From Thermoanaerobaculia bacterium (GTDB lineage Bacteria > Acidobacteriota > Thermoanaerobaculia > UBA5066): a stretch of DNA of 64,000 nt. The notes under the pieces are model-generated. The model was given only the letters and a program-made list of their open reading frames with translations, was not told the DNA's origin and ran no database searches. Position 1 is the stretch's first letter; each line of letters starts with the position of its first letter. The stretch lies in the NCBI GenBank assembly GCA_963719225.1, contig CAVRAY010000001.1, positions 3,552,001-3,616,000 on the forward strand. Reading direction: 5' to 3'. This document shows positions 30,570 to 39,728 of this stretch, piece by piece. The translations under genes and the position numbers were made by a program.

Positions 30570-32602
30570 AGCGCACGGCGAAGGACGCCGGCGTCCTCCT
30601 AGTCTTCGTCGCCCTGACCATCATCATGACGTGGCCCTGGGCGGCTCACATTCGCGACACGTCTTTCGACAACGGCGATTCGTACCTGATGTCCTGGGCT
30701 CTCGCGTGGGATTTCCATCAGACGTTCCGCGATCCGTTACACCTCTTCGACTCGAACAACTTCTTCCCGTACCGGTACACGCTCGCGCTCTCCGAGCACG
30801 TGTGGGGCATCGCGCTCCTCTTCTTCCCGGCGTACGCCGCCGGCCTTTCACCGCTCACCGTGCACGGCCTCGCGATGCTCTTCGGGTTCGCGTTAAGCGG
30901 TTACGGCGCGTTCCGGCTCGCGCGCACCTTGACGGGCTCGACGACCGCCGGCTGGGTCGCCGGCGTGGCGTTCGCGTTCGTCCCGTATCGCTTCCATCAC
31001 ATCGTTCACCTTCCCTATGTCTTCGCGGGCTGGATGCCGCTCCTGGCCGAGGCCGTCGTCCGCTTCGCGCGCAGACGCTCGTGGCCACGCGCGGCCTGGC
31101 TCGGCCTCGCGTTCTTCATGAGCGGCGTCTCGAGCATCCACTGGTTCCTCCTCGGATCGGTTCCCACGGCCGTCATGGCGGCGTTCCTGTTCCTCAGGGA
31201 TGAGCCCGCCGCGCGGCGCGGGTGGACCAGGGCCGCGGTGTCCATCGGGGCCGCGTCGCTCCTCCTCGTACCTTTCTTCCTGCCGTACCAGCGCGCTCGA
31301 TCGCTCTATGGGCTCGAGCGTGGGTCTGGCGAAGCGGCGTTCTACTCCGCCCGGCCGATCCACTGGCTCACGCCGGATTTCAACATGAGGCTCTGGCGCG
31401 GCATGGGGCAGAGCCCCGGGCGCCCCGAGTTCTGCCTGTTCCCCGGGTTTCTCCTGCTAGCCCTGGCAACCCTCGGGATGGTTCTCTATTTCCGGAAGCG
31501 TTCGGAGGCAGGCACCGCCGGCCTTCTTTTCGCGGGGCTCGGCTTCGTGGGGTCCTTCGGCATGTCGACGCCTTTTCACTGGCTGCTCTTCCACCTCTTT
31601 CCGCCTTTTCACGCGATCCGGGTGCCGGTTCGCTGGGCGATGGTGGCCGACCTGGGTCTCGCCGTTCTCGCGGGCGTCGCTACCGCCGAGCTCGTCGCGA
31701 CGTGGTCCGAGCGCAGGTCGAAGATCTTCGGCTTCGGGATCGCAGCGTGTCTCTGCGGAACCCTTCTCTTCGAAGACCGCATGGCGCCGCTTTATCTCAA
31801 TCGCGGAGAGCCCGATCCGGATCCGCTCACCCGGTTCCTCGAGGAGACGCCGATGGCGGGCGGACTCTACGAATTGCCCGACGCATTCAACGAGACGAAT
31901 GCTCTCCACGTCCTGCGTGCGGCCGACCACTGGAAGCCGCTCGTGAATGGCTATTCGGGCTTCTGGCCGCCGATCGCGCAGAACCTGCACGACCTGATGG
32001 TGGATGGAAAGCCGACCGAGCTCCTCGACGCGCTCGAGGCCGTGCCCGTTTCTTACGTGACGGTGAGGCCGCGGCACATGTCGGAGGAACAGAGGGCGGC
32101 GGCGGCGAAGCTCGTCGATGCCGGGCTCGCATCGCGGCGCCTCCTCTTCGTCCGGCGTTTCCTGCCAGACGACGAGCTGTACGCGGTCGTCAAGACCGAG
32201 CCGTCCGCGAGGCCGCTCGAAAGCGCTCCCGTTCCAAGCGCGCCGGCGGGGACGGAATGGCCCGATCTCACGGGCTCGATCGACGAGCCCGCGGCGGACG
32301 CGCGCGTGATCGGAAATCTCACGGTGCGGGGCTGGGCTCGCATCTCCGGCCGCGATCTCGAGGTGACCGTACTCATCGACAAGGCGCCGCGCATCCCGCT
32401 CCGCGAGACGCGTTTTCGGCGGGCGGACGTGCAGGCCGTGCTCCCGTCACTCGGAGACTGCTCGACGGCAGGCTACGAGCAGGTCTTCGCCTTCCAGCCG
32501 GGTGACGAGGGCGAACACGAGCTTTCGGTCGTCTTCCACGGCCCCGTAGATCGCGTGCGCCACTATCCGTGGCGGAAGTTCACGTGGAAGAAGGGTCCGT
32601 GA
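30566..32602 (+). CDS. YfhO/GT-C-like membrane protein, paralogue of the upstream gene
   Basis: Shares WDFHQTF.DP.HLFD, GLAMLxGFAxSGYGAFRLARTLTGST and the C-terminal domain. Confidence 0.75.
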   Translation: MKRTAKDAGVLLVFVALTIIMTWPWAAHIRDTSFDNGDSYLMSWALAWDFHQTFRDPLHLFDSNNFFPYRYTLALSEHVWGIALLFFPAYAAGLSPLTVHGLAMLFGFALSGYGAFRLARTLTGSTTAGWVAGVAFAFVPYRFHHIVHLPYVFAGWMPLLAEAVVRFARRRSWPRAAWLGLAFFMSGVSSIHWFLLGSVPTAVMAAFLFLRDEPAARRGWTRAAVSIGAASLLLVPFFLPYQRARSLYGLERGSGEAAFYSARPIHWLTPDFNMRLWRGMGQSPGRPEFCLFPGFLLLALATLGMVLYFRKRSEAGTAGLLFAGLGFVGSFGMSTPFHWLLFHLFPPFHAIRVPVRWAMVADLGLAVLAGVATAELVATWSERRSKIFGFGIAACLCGTLLFEDRMAPLYLNRGEPDPDPLTRFLEETPMAGGLYELPDAFNETNALHVLRAADHWKPLVNGYSGFWPPIAQNLHDLMVDGKPTELLDALEAVPVSYVTVRPRHMSEEQRAAAAKLVDAGLASRRLLFVRRFLPDDELYAVVKTEPSARPLESAPVPSAPAGTEWPDLTGSIDEPAADARVIGNLTVRGWARISGRDLEVTVLIDKAPRIPLRETRFRRADVQAVLPSLGDCSTAGYEQVFAFQPGDEGEHELSVVFHGPVDRVRHYPWRKFTWKKGP

Positions 32603-33054
32603 GCACGATGTTTCGCCGCGCCGCGGCCGTCCTCGCCGCGCTCTCTCTCGCGGGATTCTGCGTGGCGGGAGCCGCGCGTCAATGGAAGCTCGCCCGCTCG
32701 AGGCTCAAGTTCGGCTTCGAGCACGTCGCCGACCCGCTCCCCGTCGCGCGGCGCGTGATCTACGGCCCGCGCTTCATGCGCGGCATCGACGCGATCGCGG
32801 CCGTCATCGCGCCCGACGGCTCGTACTGGCTCGTGGACGGGGGCGAGGACCCATCCGAAGGCTTTTTCGTCCGCACGGCGCTCGCGCCGCGCCGCGCCCA
32901 CTATCTCGGACGCGTGTCGGCGATCGACGCGGGCGCGTTGCAGCGCGCTCTCTCCGAGAAGCCGCGTCCGTTTGTCGTCCTCGCCTGGCAGCCCGACGGG
33001 CCGCCTGCCCTCGTGAATCCCAGGCGTTTTCTGAAGGTCCCGGCCGCACCGTGA
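32599..33054 (+). CDS. Hypothetical membrane-anchored protein
   Basis: GTGA overlaps on both sides; N-terminal hydrophobic segment. Confidence 0.6.
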   Translation: MSTMFRRAAAVLAALSLAGFCVAGAARQWKLARSRLKFGFEHVADPLPVARRVIYGPRFMRGIDAIAAVIAPDGSYWLVDGGEDPSEGFFVRTALAPRRAHYLGRVSAIDAGALQRALSEKPRPFVVLAWQPDGPPALVNPRRFLKVPAAP

Positions 33055-34475
33055 GCACAGCCGCCCGTATCGTCGCGTCGCTGGGGTCGGTCGCAATGTT
33101 CGCGGCCTGCGGATTCGCGCTGACAGCGTTCGTGCCCACTCTGCGCAAGAAACCTCTTGCCCCTCGGCTCGCATGGGCGTATCTCCTCGGTCTCGCGTAC
33201 GTCGGCGTCACGCTCTACTCCCTCAGCCATTGGGTCGGTCTCGATCTCCGACGCGGAATTGTCCTGACCGTCTGCGCCGTGCCAATCGTCCTCGCGCTCT
33301 GGAGAAGGAGAAGCGCAGCCGGCGAGAGAGCGCGCACACGGGCTCCTCTGTCTCCGATTCCGCGGGCGGCGTGCGTCGCCGCCGCGATCGCCGGGACCTT
33401 CGTATCCCTGGCCGTTCTCGCGCATGCGCTTTCGAGCGTGGAGTCCGGTTTCGATCCGCGGATGACCTGGAATGCCGCGGCGGTCTATGTGCGCGCCGCG
33501 CGCACGGTGGACCCGCCGGCCCTTCTAGATGTGAGCGTCTACCTGCAGAACCCCCGATATCCGCTCCTCCTCCCCGTCCTGCAGGTTGCCGGCCAGGAGG
33601 TCTTCGACACGGACGACGACGAGCGACTCCCTCGGCCGCTTTACGCCTTGCTTCTGCCGGTGCTCCTCCTGCTCGTCTTCGACGTCGCCCAGCCTCTCGC
33701 CGGAACACTTGCCGCCGCGCTCACCGTCTTCGCCGTCAGCTTTCTCCCTGGTATCGCGTTCGACGTGGACAGCGGCGCGATCACGTCATACAGCGATTTT
33801 CCGATGGGGCTTCTCTGGGGAGGCGGGCTCGCCCTGGTCTTTCGCGCTCCCTGGGGGCTCGCCGAAGGACTCGCCGGCGGGCTCCTCCTGGGAGGAGCGG
33901 CGCTCGCCAAGACCGAGGGGCTGCTGCTCGGCACCGTCGTGGTGGGGATCGCCTCGTTGCGCGTGGCCCGACGGCTCGTCGTGCGGCATCGCCGCAAGCT
34001 TCTGTGGCGGCCGGAGATCGTGCTTGCTGCCGGCGGCACCCTCGCCGTCTTCCTCTTCGCCGCGGCCCTGTACATGTCGTGGCGGGCCGGCATTCCGAAT
34101 CGAAACTCCGACGTCTTCAACCTACGTGGACTCATCCCGAGCATGACCGCACGGCTCCCGGTCGCTTTCCCTCTCATCGGTCGCCAGATGGCGAGACCCG
34201 AGGTCTGGAGCGGCTTCTGGTGGCTCGCTCCAGCGGTTTTCATCCTCGGAGCCCGGGCCTTCAGACACCCCCTGGCGCGACTGCTCGCGTACGCGATCGG
34301 GGGTGCGCTCTGCATCTATTTCGCGGCCTATGGCGCGAGCGCGTGGGTACCGGCGGACCTCGTCCGCCCGACGTGGAACCGATTCCTGTGCCAGCTCTCG
34401 CTGCCGGTCTTCGTCCTCTTCGCGATGGCCCTCGGGCGGGCGCTTCGAGGGTTCGACCGTCCTGCCGTAGCATGA
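33051..34475 (+). CDS. Multi-TM GT-C-like (PMT/ArnT-like) membrane protein
   Basis: GFDPRMTW, YPLLLP, YSDFP and KTEG motifs; about 12 TM helices. Confidence 0.7.
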   Translation: MSTAARIVASLGSVAMFAACGFALTAFVPTLRKKPLAPRLAWAYLLGLAYVGVTLYSLSHWVGLDLRRGIVLTVCAVPIVLALWRRRSAAGERARTRAPLSPIPRAACVAAAIAGTFVSLAVLAHALSSVESGFDPRMTWNAAAVYVRAARTVDPPALLDVSVYLQNPRYPLLLPVLQVAGQEVFDTDDDERLPRPLYALLLPVLLLLVFDVAQPLAGTLAAALTVFAVSFLPGIAFDVDSGAITSYSDFPMGLLWGGGLALVFRAPWGLAEGLAGGLLLGGAALAKTEGLLLGTVVVGIASLRVARRLVVRHRRKLLWRPEIVLAAGGTLAVFLFAAALYMSWRAGIPNRNSDVFNLRGLIPSMTARLPVAFPLIGRQMARPEVWSGFWWLAPAVFILGARAFRHPLARLLAYAIGGALCIYFAAYGASAWVPADLVRPTWNRFLCQLSLPVFVLFAMALGRALRGFDRPAVA

Positions 34476-34479
34476 GCGC

Positions 34480-35568
34480 GTGGATTACCGGTACGGCGAG
34501 CTGCCGCTCGATCTCCTCCAGTCGCTCCTGACGTACGAAGAGCTCCTGAAGCTCTTCCTCGACCTCGTTTCGCGTCTCGGCGGCGACGTCGAGCAGGCGA
34601 TGCAGTGGATGAAGGAGCTGCAGCGCCGCGGGATCATCGGCGAGAACATCGATCTCGAGGCTTTTCGGGCCGCGCTCGAGAAACAGGGGATCGTCGGCCG
34701 CAACAGCGAGGGAAACCTCGTGCTCCTCGGCTCCGGCGAGCGCCGCATCCGCCGCAACGCGCTCGAAGAGATCTTCAGCTCTCTCCAGAAGGCGGGTCCG
34801 GGCCTCCACTCGATCCCGCGCGCCGGCACCGGCGCCGAGGCGCTGCCCGAGACGCGCCCATACGAGTTCGGGGACGACGTCGCGCGCCTCGACGGCATCC
34901 GCACCGTGGCGAACGCCGCGCGGCGCGACCCGGAGGATCTCGCGCTCAGGCCGGACGACTTCGAGGTCTTCGACGTCGAGCACCAGAGCGCCTGCGCGAC
35001 GGCGATCGCGATCGACGTCTCGCACTCGATGATCCTGTACGGCGAGGACCGCTTCACGCCCGCGAAGAAGGTCGCGCTCGCGCTGACGGAGCTGATCCTC
35101 CAGAAATACCCCAAGGACACGATCGACATCGTGCTGTTCGGCGACGAGGCGAAGCCCGTTCCCCTCGAGGAGCTCAGCAAGGCGCAGGTCGGGCCTTTCC
35201 ACACGAACACGAAGGCCGGGCTCGGCGTCTCGCGGCAGCTCCTCATGCGCCGCCGCTCGCGCAACCGCCAGATCTTCATGATCACGGACGGCAAGCCCTC
35301 GTGCATCAACGAGGGCGGGCGGCTCTACAAGAACCCGTTCGGTCTCGACCTGAAGATCGTGAACCGCACGCTCGAGGAGGCCGAGAAGCTGCGGCGCGAC
35401 GGCATCCAGCTCACGACGTTCATGATCGCCACGGACCCCGCTCTCGTGGATTTCGTCGACACGCTCACGAAGGTCGCTCGGGGCCGGGCGTATTACGCCT
35501 CCCCCACCGATCTCGCCTCGTTCGTGTTCCGGGACTACATCCGCAACAGGAAGAAACTCTTCAAGTGA
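34480..35568 (+). CDS. VWA domain protein (partner of the chelatase-like ATPase)
   Basis: MIDAS DVSHSM, DRFTPAKKVALAL, HTNT and MITDGKPS. Confidence 0.9.
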   Translation: MDYRYGELPLDLLQSLLTYEELLKLFLDLVSRLGGDVEQAMQWMKELQRRGIIGENIDLEAFRAALEKQGIVGRNSEGNLVLLGSGERRIRRNALEEIFSSLQKAGPGLHSIPRAGTGAEALPETRPYEFGDDVARLDGIRTVANAARRDPEDLALRPDDFEVFDVEHQSACATAIAIDVSHSMILYGEDRFTPAKKVALALTELILQKYPKDTIDIVLFGDEAKPVPLEELSKAQVGPFHTNTKAGLGVSRQLLMRRRSRNRQIFMITDGKPSCINEGGRLYKNPFGLDLKIVNRTLEEAEKLRRDGIQLTTFMIATDPALVDFVDTLTKVARGRAYYASPTDLASFVFRDYIRNRKKLFK

Positions 35569-36038
35569 ATGCGCCGAGTCTGGTGATCACGGCGGGAATT
35601 GCAGTCGGGATTTTTTTGCTGGCAACCGGGGGCTTCGTTCTCGCGACACGACTCGTTGCCAGGCGGAAAGGGCGTATTTTCTTAGAAGGGTTAGGAGGGG
35701 TCGTGCGGATCGGGACGCCGTGCCTTCTGACCTCCGCAGCGCGCGGACGCGCGCTCATCCCCGGGACCGTCGCCCTCACTCCGGCCGGTCTCGCGTGGGA
35801 AGCGCTGTGGGGCCGCACGGGCTCTTACTCATTCGAAGAAATACAGCGTCTCGAAACCGACGACCGGACACAGGCCCGGAGAAGGTTCCTCCGAAGCAAG
35901 GTCCTTCGCGTCACGTCCGTCCGCGGCGAGGTCGTGGAGTTCGTGCTCTCCCCCGGCCACGCGTGGGAGTGGCGGCAGGCCCTCGGGGAATGGACGGCAG
36001 GCCGGGGCCGCATCGCCGGCGCCGTTGAAGGGAATTGA
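35565..36038 (+). CDS. Hypothetical protein (TM plus PH-like domain)
   Basis: GTG overlaps the VWA gene stop; N-terminal TM and beta-rich body. Confidence 0.55.
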   Translation: MNAPSLVITAGIAVGIFLLATGGFVLATRLVARRKGRIFLEGLGGVVRIGTPCLLTSAARGRALIPGTVALTPAGLAWEALWGRTGSYSFEEIQRLETDDRTQARRRFLRSKVLRVTSVRGEVVEFVLSPGHAWEWRQALGEWTAGRGRIAGAVEGN

Positions 36039-36104
36039 ACAGGTCGCCGTCATTCTGCGCCGCAATATGACGGCTTGGTTCTCACTTCGCTTTGACAATC
36101 CCCG

Positions 36105-36959
36105 TTACGGTTCCGGCAGGAACGGCACGGTCCGCGCCGCGAGGCGCGGCGGAAGGCGGCGGGCGACGGTCCTTCGTATCTCGTCCGGGGTCGTGCGCAG
36201 CGTCAGGTGCGTGAGGACGAGGACTTCGTTCTCGAAGAGGTCCGCCCGCTCGGCGATCTCGTCGAGGTGGAGGTGCTTCCATGCCTCGGACCGCCCGCGG
36301 TCGCTTTCCTCCACGAACGAGCACTCGAGGAGGAGCACCTTCGCCGTGAAGAACGAGCGCGGCGCTCTCGCGAAAATACCGGCGCCCGTGTCGCCCGAAT
36401 AGGCGACGAGCGGAATCGACACCTTTCCCGCGACGGCCTCGCCGCGCGCGGCCGCGTCCCGGATCTCTTCCGGGGAGTGCCCCGCGAGGTCGTCGCGCAG
36501 GCGGTTGCGGATCTCGGAGGCGACGAAACCCAGGGTCGGGACGCGGTGGTCGGCCTCGAAGGCCTCGACCTCGAGGTCCTTCCGGAGGCTCACGCGCGCC
36601 CCGCTCTCCATCGCCTCGACGCGCGCGTCGTACCGCACGGCCTCGAGGGTCTCGTGGAGCGCGAGGAGCTCCGTCCATGCGGGGACCGCGGCGGGATGCG
36701 TTCGCACCGTCCCGCCCGGGAGGCGCAGGAGCCTTCGCTGCGAGCACCAGTAGGCGAGGCCGGCCCCGTGGTCGAGGTGCGCATGCGAGAGGAAGACGTT
36801 CGGCACCGGAACGAGGGCGGTGGGCGCGCGGCCGAGATCGAATGCGAGATGCAGCGTGGGCAGGTGAAACCACGTCTCGCGCCCCGCCACCGAGACGCCC
36901 CGGACGGGCAGACCCGCCCACGTGGCCTCGATCCGCCGCTCCCGAGCCTCGGGACTCAC
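36105..36959 (-). CDS. MBL-fold metallohydrolase (RNase Z-like)
   Basis: SVAGRET, SHAHLDH, HRVPTLGF, YSGDT, LECSF and HLHL. Confidence 0.85.
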   Translation of the reverse strand: MSPEARERRIEATWAGLPVRGVSVAGRETWFHLPTLHLAFDLGRAPTALVPVPNVFLSHAHLDHGAGLAYWCSQRRLLRLPGGTVRTHPAAVPAWTELLALHETLEAVRYDARVEAMESGARVSLRKDLEVEAFEADHRVPTLGFVASEIRNRLRDDLAGHSPEEIRDAAARGEAVAGKVSIPLVAYSGDTGAGIFARAPRSFFTAKVLLLECSFVEESDRGRSEAWKHLHLDEIAERADLFENEVLVLTHLTLRTTPDEIRRTVARRLPPRLAARTVPFLPEP

Positions 36960-37022
36960 GGGCGCAGGATACGCTGCCGTCTTATACTTGCTTCTTCCAG
37001 GGGAAAGCGCGGAGGGGGACCC

Positions 37023-38399
37023 ATGGCCCTGTTCAACCACGCGACGAAGGAGTTGACGGCCAAGATCGTCTACTACGGTCCCGGACTGTGCGGAAAAACG
37101 AGCAATCTCAAGATGCTTCACCAGCGTCTCGAGCGCGGAGCCGGCAAGCTGCTCTCGCTTTCCACGGCTCAGGACCGGACGATCTACTTCGACCTCCTTC
37201 CGATCGAGCTGGGAAACATCAAGGGCTACACGGTGCGCTTTCAGGTGTGCACCGTTCCCGGACAGGTCTTCTACAACGAGACCCGCAAGATCGTCCTGCG
37301 GGGCGTGGACGGCCTCGTCTTCGTCGTCGACTCGCAGTGGTCGATGCTGTCCCACAACCTCGAGTGCTTCCAGAACCTCAAGGAGAACCTCCACGAGGAG
37401 AAGATCCTGCTGGAGACTCTGCCGGTCGTCATCCAGTACAACAAGCGCGACCTGCCGAGCGCGCTCTCGGTCGAGGCGCTGCAGGATTCACTCGGCTTCC
37501 ATTCGTATCCGTTCGTGGAGACCGTGGCCTCCGAAGGCTCGGGCGTCATCGAGACGTTCAAGCTCGTCAGCAAGCTCACGTTCGTCGATCTCCTTCGCCG
37601 CCTGCAGCGGGGATGGCAGCCGCCGGCCGAACCCGCCGCGGATCTCGTCGAGGCCCCGGCCGCCGTCGCCGCCGAGGCGCCGCCCGCGCCGCCCCTCGAA
37701 GTCGTCGCGCCGGCGCTCGAGGTCGCCGCCGACGAGGAGCACATCCTCGCCGTCGCGTCGAGCGCGACCGAGGCCGAGAGCCGCGAGGAGCTGCGGGACG
37801 GGGAAGCGGAAGTCTGGGTGGTCCCGTCCGCCGAAGGGGCCTTCCCCGATCTCACGGACGACTCGCCGGGTTCGTCCACGGAGCCCGCGGCCGAGCCCGA
37901 GTCGGCCGCCGAGCCTCCGCCATCCACACCGGAAGAGGTTGCGGAACCCGCGACTCTCGCGCCCGCGGTCCTCCTGGCGGCGCTCACGACACCGCCTTCC
38001 CCGACCGCAGCGCCCCCGCCGCCGCTTCCCGCCGCGTCGACCTCGTCGCCCGGAATCCCCTCCTTCGCGAGGTCGGCCTCGGTCGACGACAAGCTCAACG
38101 CCGTGCTCGCGGAAGCGCGCAAGTCTGCCGGAAGGGTGTCCGGCGTCTACCGCCGCCTCGAGTCACACGAAGGAAGCACGCAGGAGATCCCCGCGCGGGA
38201 CCTGACGGAACGCCGCCTCGAGGAATTGATCGCGGGGCTCCGCGCGGAGATGAGCGCCGAGATCGCCCGCCTGCGCGAGGACCTCGCCGCCGCGCAAAAG
38301 GCCGCTTCGGCCGCCGAGAGCGCCGCGTCCGAGGCCTCGGAACGCGCCCGCCGCCTGGAGGACGCTCTGCGGCAGGCCCTGCGCGGGCTCTCGGGCTGA
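37023..38399 (+). CDS. MglA-like small GTPase with long acidic/Pro-rich linker and coiled coil
   Basis: KIVYYGPGLCGKTSNL, DRTIYFD, TVPGQVFYN and YNKRDL. Confidence 0.85.
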   Translation: MALFNHATKELTAKIVYYGPGLCGKTSNLKMLHQRLERGAGKLLSLSTAQDRTIYFDLLPIELGNIKGYTVRFQVCTVPGQVFYNETRKIVLRGVDGLVFVVDSQWSMLSHNLECFQNLKENLHEEKILLETLPVVIQYNKRDLPSALSVEALQDSLGFHSYPFVETVASEGSGVIETFKLVSKLTFVDLLRRLQRGWQPPAEPAADLVEAPAAVAAEAPPAPPLEVVAPALEVAADEEHILAVASSATEAESREELRDGEAEVWVVPSAEGAFPDLTDDSPGSSTEPAAEPESAAEPPPSTPEEVAEPATLAPAVLLAALTTPPSPTAAPPPPLPAASTSSPGIPSFARSASVDDKLNAVLAEARKSAGRVSGVYRRLESHEGSTQEIPARDLTERRLEELIAGLRAEMSAEIARLREDLAAAQKAASAAESAASEASERARRLEDALRQALRGLSG

Positions 38400-38406
38400 C
38401 GGCCTC

Positions 38407-38778
38407 CTACGTCAGCCGCTTCAGCGAAGCGCCGGACGCGAGCCTTCGGGAAAGAGCGAGGTGCAGCGTCTCGAGCTGCCTTTCCGAGAGCCCGACGAAC
38501 TCGCCGCCCGCCCTGTACATGAGCACGCGGTCGCCATTGTCGTCGGCGGCGAACCCGCCCGCGCGGCAGCGCGTGATCCTCACGAGGCCCGAGAAGGGGA
38601 CGCCGCCGAAGATCGCGTTGAGGTCGTACGTCGAGCCCGGACGCAGCGTCGAGGCGAGCTCGACGAGAAGGCCCGTCTCCGAGAGATTCAGGATCTCGAT
38701 CGCGAGCGTCGACTTGATGTGCCCGCGCGTTCCCTTCGCCAGCGATGTGCGAGGCGTGCGCCTCTTTTCTGTGACCAC
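38407..38778 (-). CDS. PilZ domain protein
   Basis: EKRRTPR (RxxxR) and NLSETG motifs. Confidence 0.8.
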   Translation of the reverse strand: MVTEKRRTPRTSLAKGTRGHIKSTLAIEILNLSETGLLVELASTLRPGSTYDLNAIFGGVPFSGLVRITRCRAGGFAADDNGDRVLMYRAGGEFVGLSERQLETLHLALSRRLASGASLKRLT

Positions 38779-38834
38779 CGTGCCGTGCGCTCCGGACGGG
38801 GGAGTCTACGAGACTGGGGGCCCGCGTCAACGCC

Positions 38835-39728
38835 TCAGCTCGTCAACGCCTCCAGAAAACGGGGATCTTCGCGCCAGCCGGGCCGGGCGGCGACGACGAG
38901 GTCGAGAAAGAACCGCCCGCCGAGCGTCTTTTCGAGCTCGAGGCGGGCCGCGGTGCCTGCTTCCTTCAGGAGCCGGCCGCCCGCGCCGAGCACGATGCCC
39001 TTGTGCCCGTCGCGGTCCACGACGATCGTCGCCTTGACGACCGTGAGGTCCCCGGCTTCGTCGCGCTTCCACTCCTCCACGAGGACGCCGAGACCGTAGG
39101 GGATCTCCTGGCGGGTTCTTTCGAGAAACTTCTCGCGGATGAGCTCGGCGGCACGCGTCCTGGGATCCGCGGTCGTGACGGTCTCTGAGGGGAAGAGGTC
39201 GTCGCCCTCGGGGAGGTGGCGCCTCAGGACTTCGAGGAGCGCATCGAGCCCTTGGCCCGTGCGCGCCGAAACGGGGACGATCTCCTCGAAGATCCCGGGT
39301 TCTCCGAGCGCTCCCATCCGCGGAAGAAGAGAGGCGTTCGTGACGAGGTCGATCTTGTTCAGGACGGCGATGCGAGGCGCCGGCGCGTGTGCGAGGAGGT
39401 CCAGCGCGAAGCGGTCGCCCCCGCCGGACGGCACGGAGACGTCCACCACGAGAAGCCTCACGTCTTCCTCGCGGAGAGCCTCGAGAGCCTCCCCCATCAT
39501 CGCCTTGTTCAGGCGGTGAAGCGGCTTGTGGAGGCCCGGGGTGTCGACGAACACGATCTGGCCCTCGGGGTCCGTGCGGACGCCGAGGAGCCGTCGTCGG
39601 GTCGTCTGCGGCTTGTCGGACACGATCGCGACCTTCGTCCCGACGAGAGCGTTCAACAGCGTGGACTTCCCGGCGTTCGGCCGCCCGACGACCGCCACCG
39701 TGCCGGATCGCCGGTTCGGAAGGCTCAT
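38835..39728 (-). CDS. era: GTPase Era
   Basis: GRPNAGKST, KPQTTR, DTPG, NKID and KH domain (KGIVLG.GG). Confidence 0.96.
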   Translation of the reverse strand: MSLPNRRSGTVAVVGRPNAGKSTLLNALVGTKVAIVSDKPQTTRRRLLGVRTDPEGQIVFVDTPGLHKPLHRLNKAMMGEALEALREEDVRLLVVDVSVPSGGGDRFALDLLAHAPAPRIAVLNKIDLVTNASLLPRMGALGEPGIFEEIVPVSARTGQGLDALLEVLRRHLPEGDDLFPSETVTTADPRTRAAELIREKFLERTRQEIPYGLGVLVEEWKRDEAGDLTVVKATIVVDRDGHKGIVLGAGGRLLKEAGTAARLELEKTLGGRFFLDLVVAARPGWREDPRFLEALTS

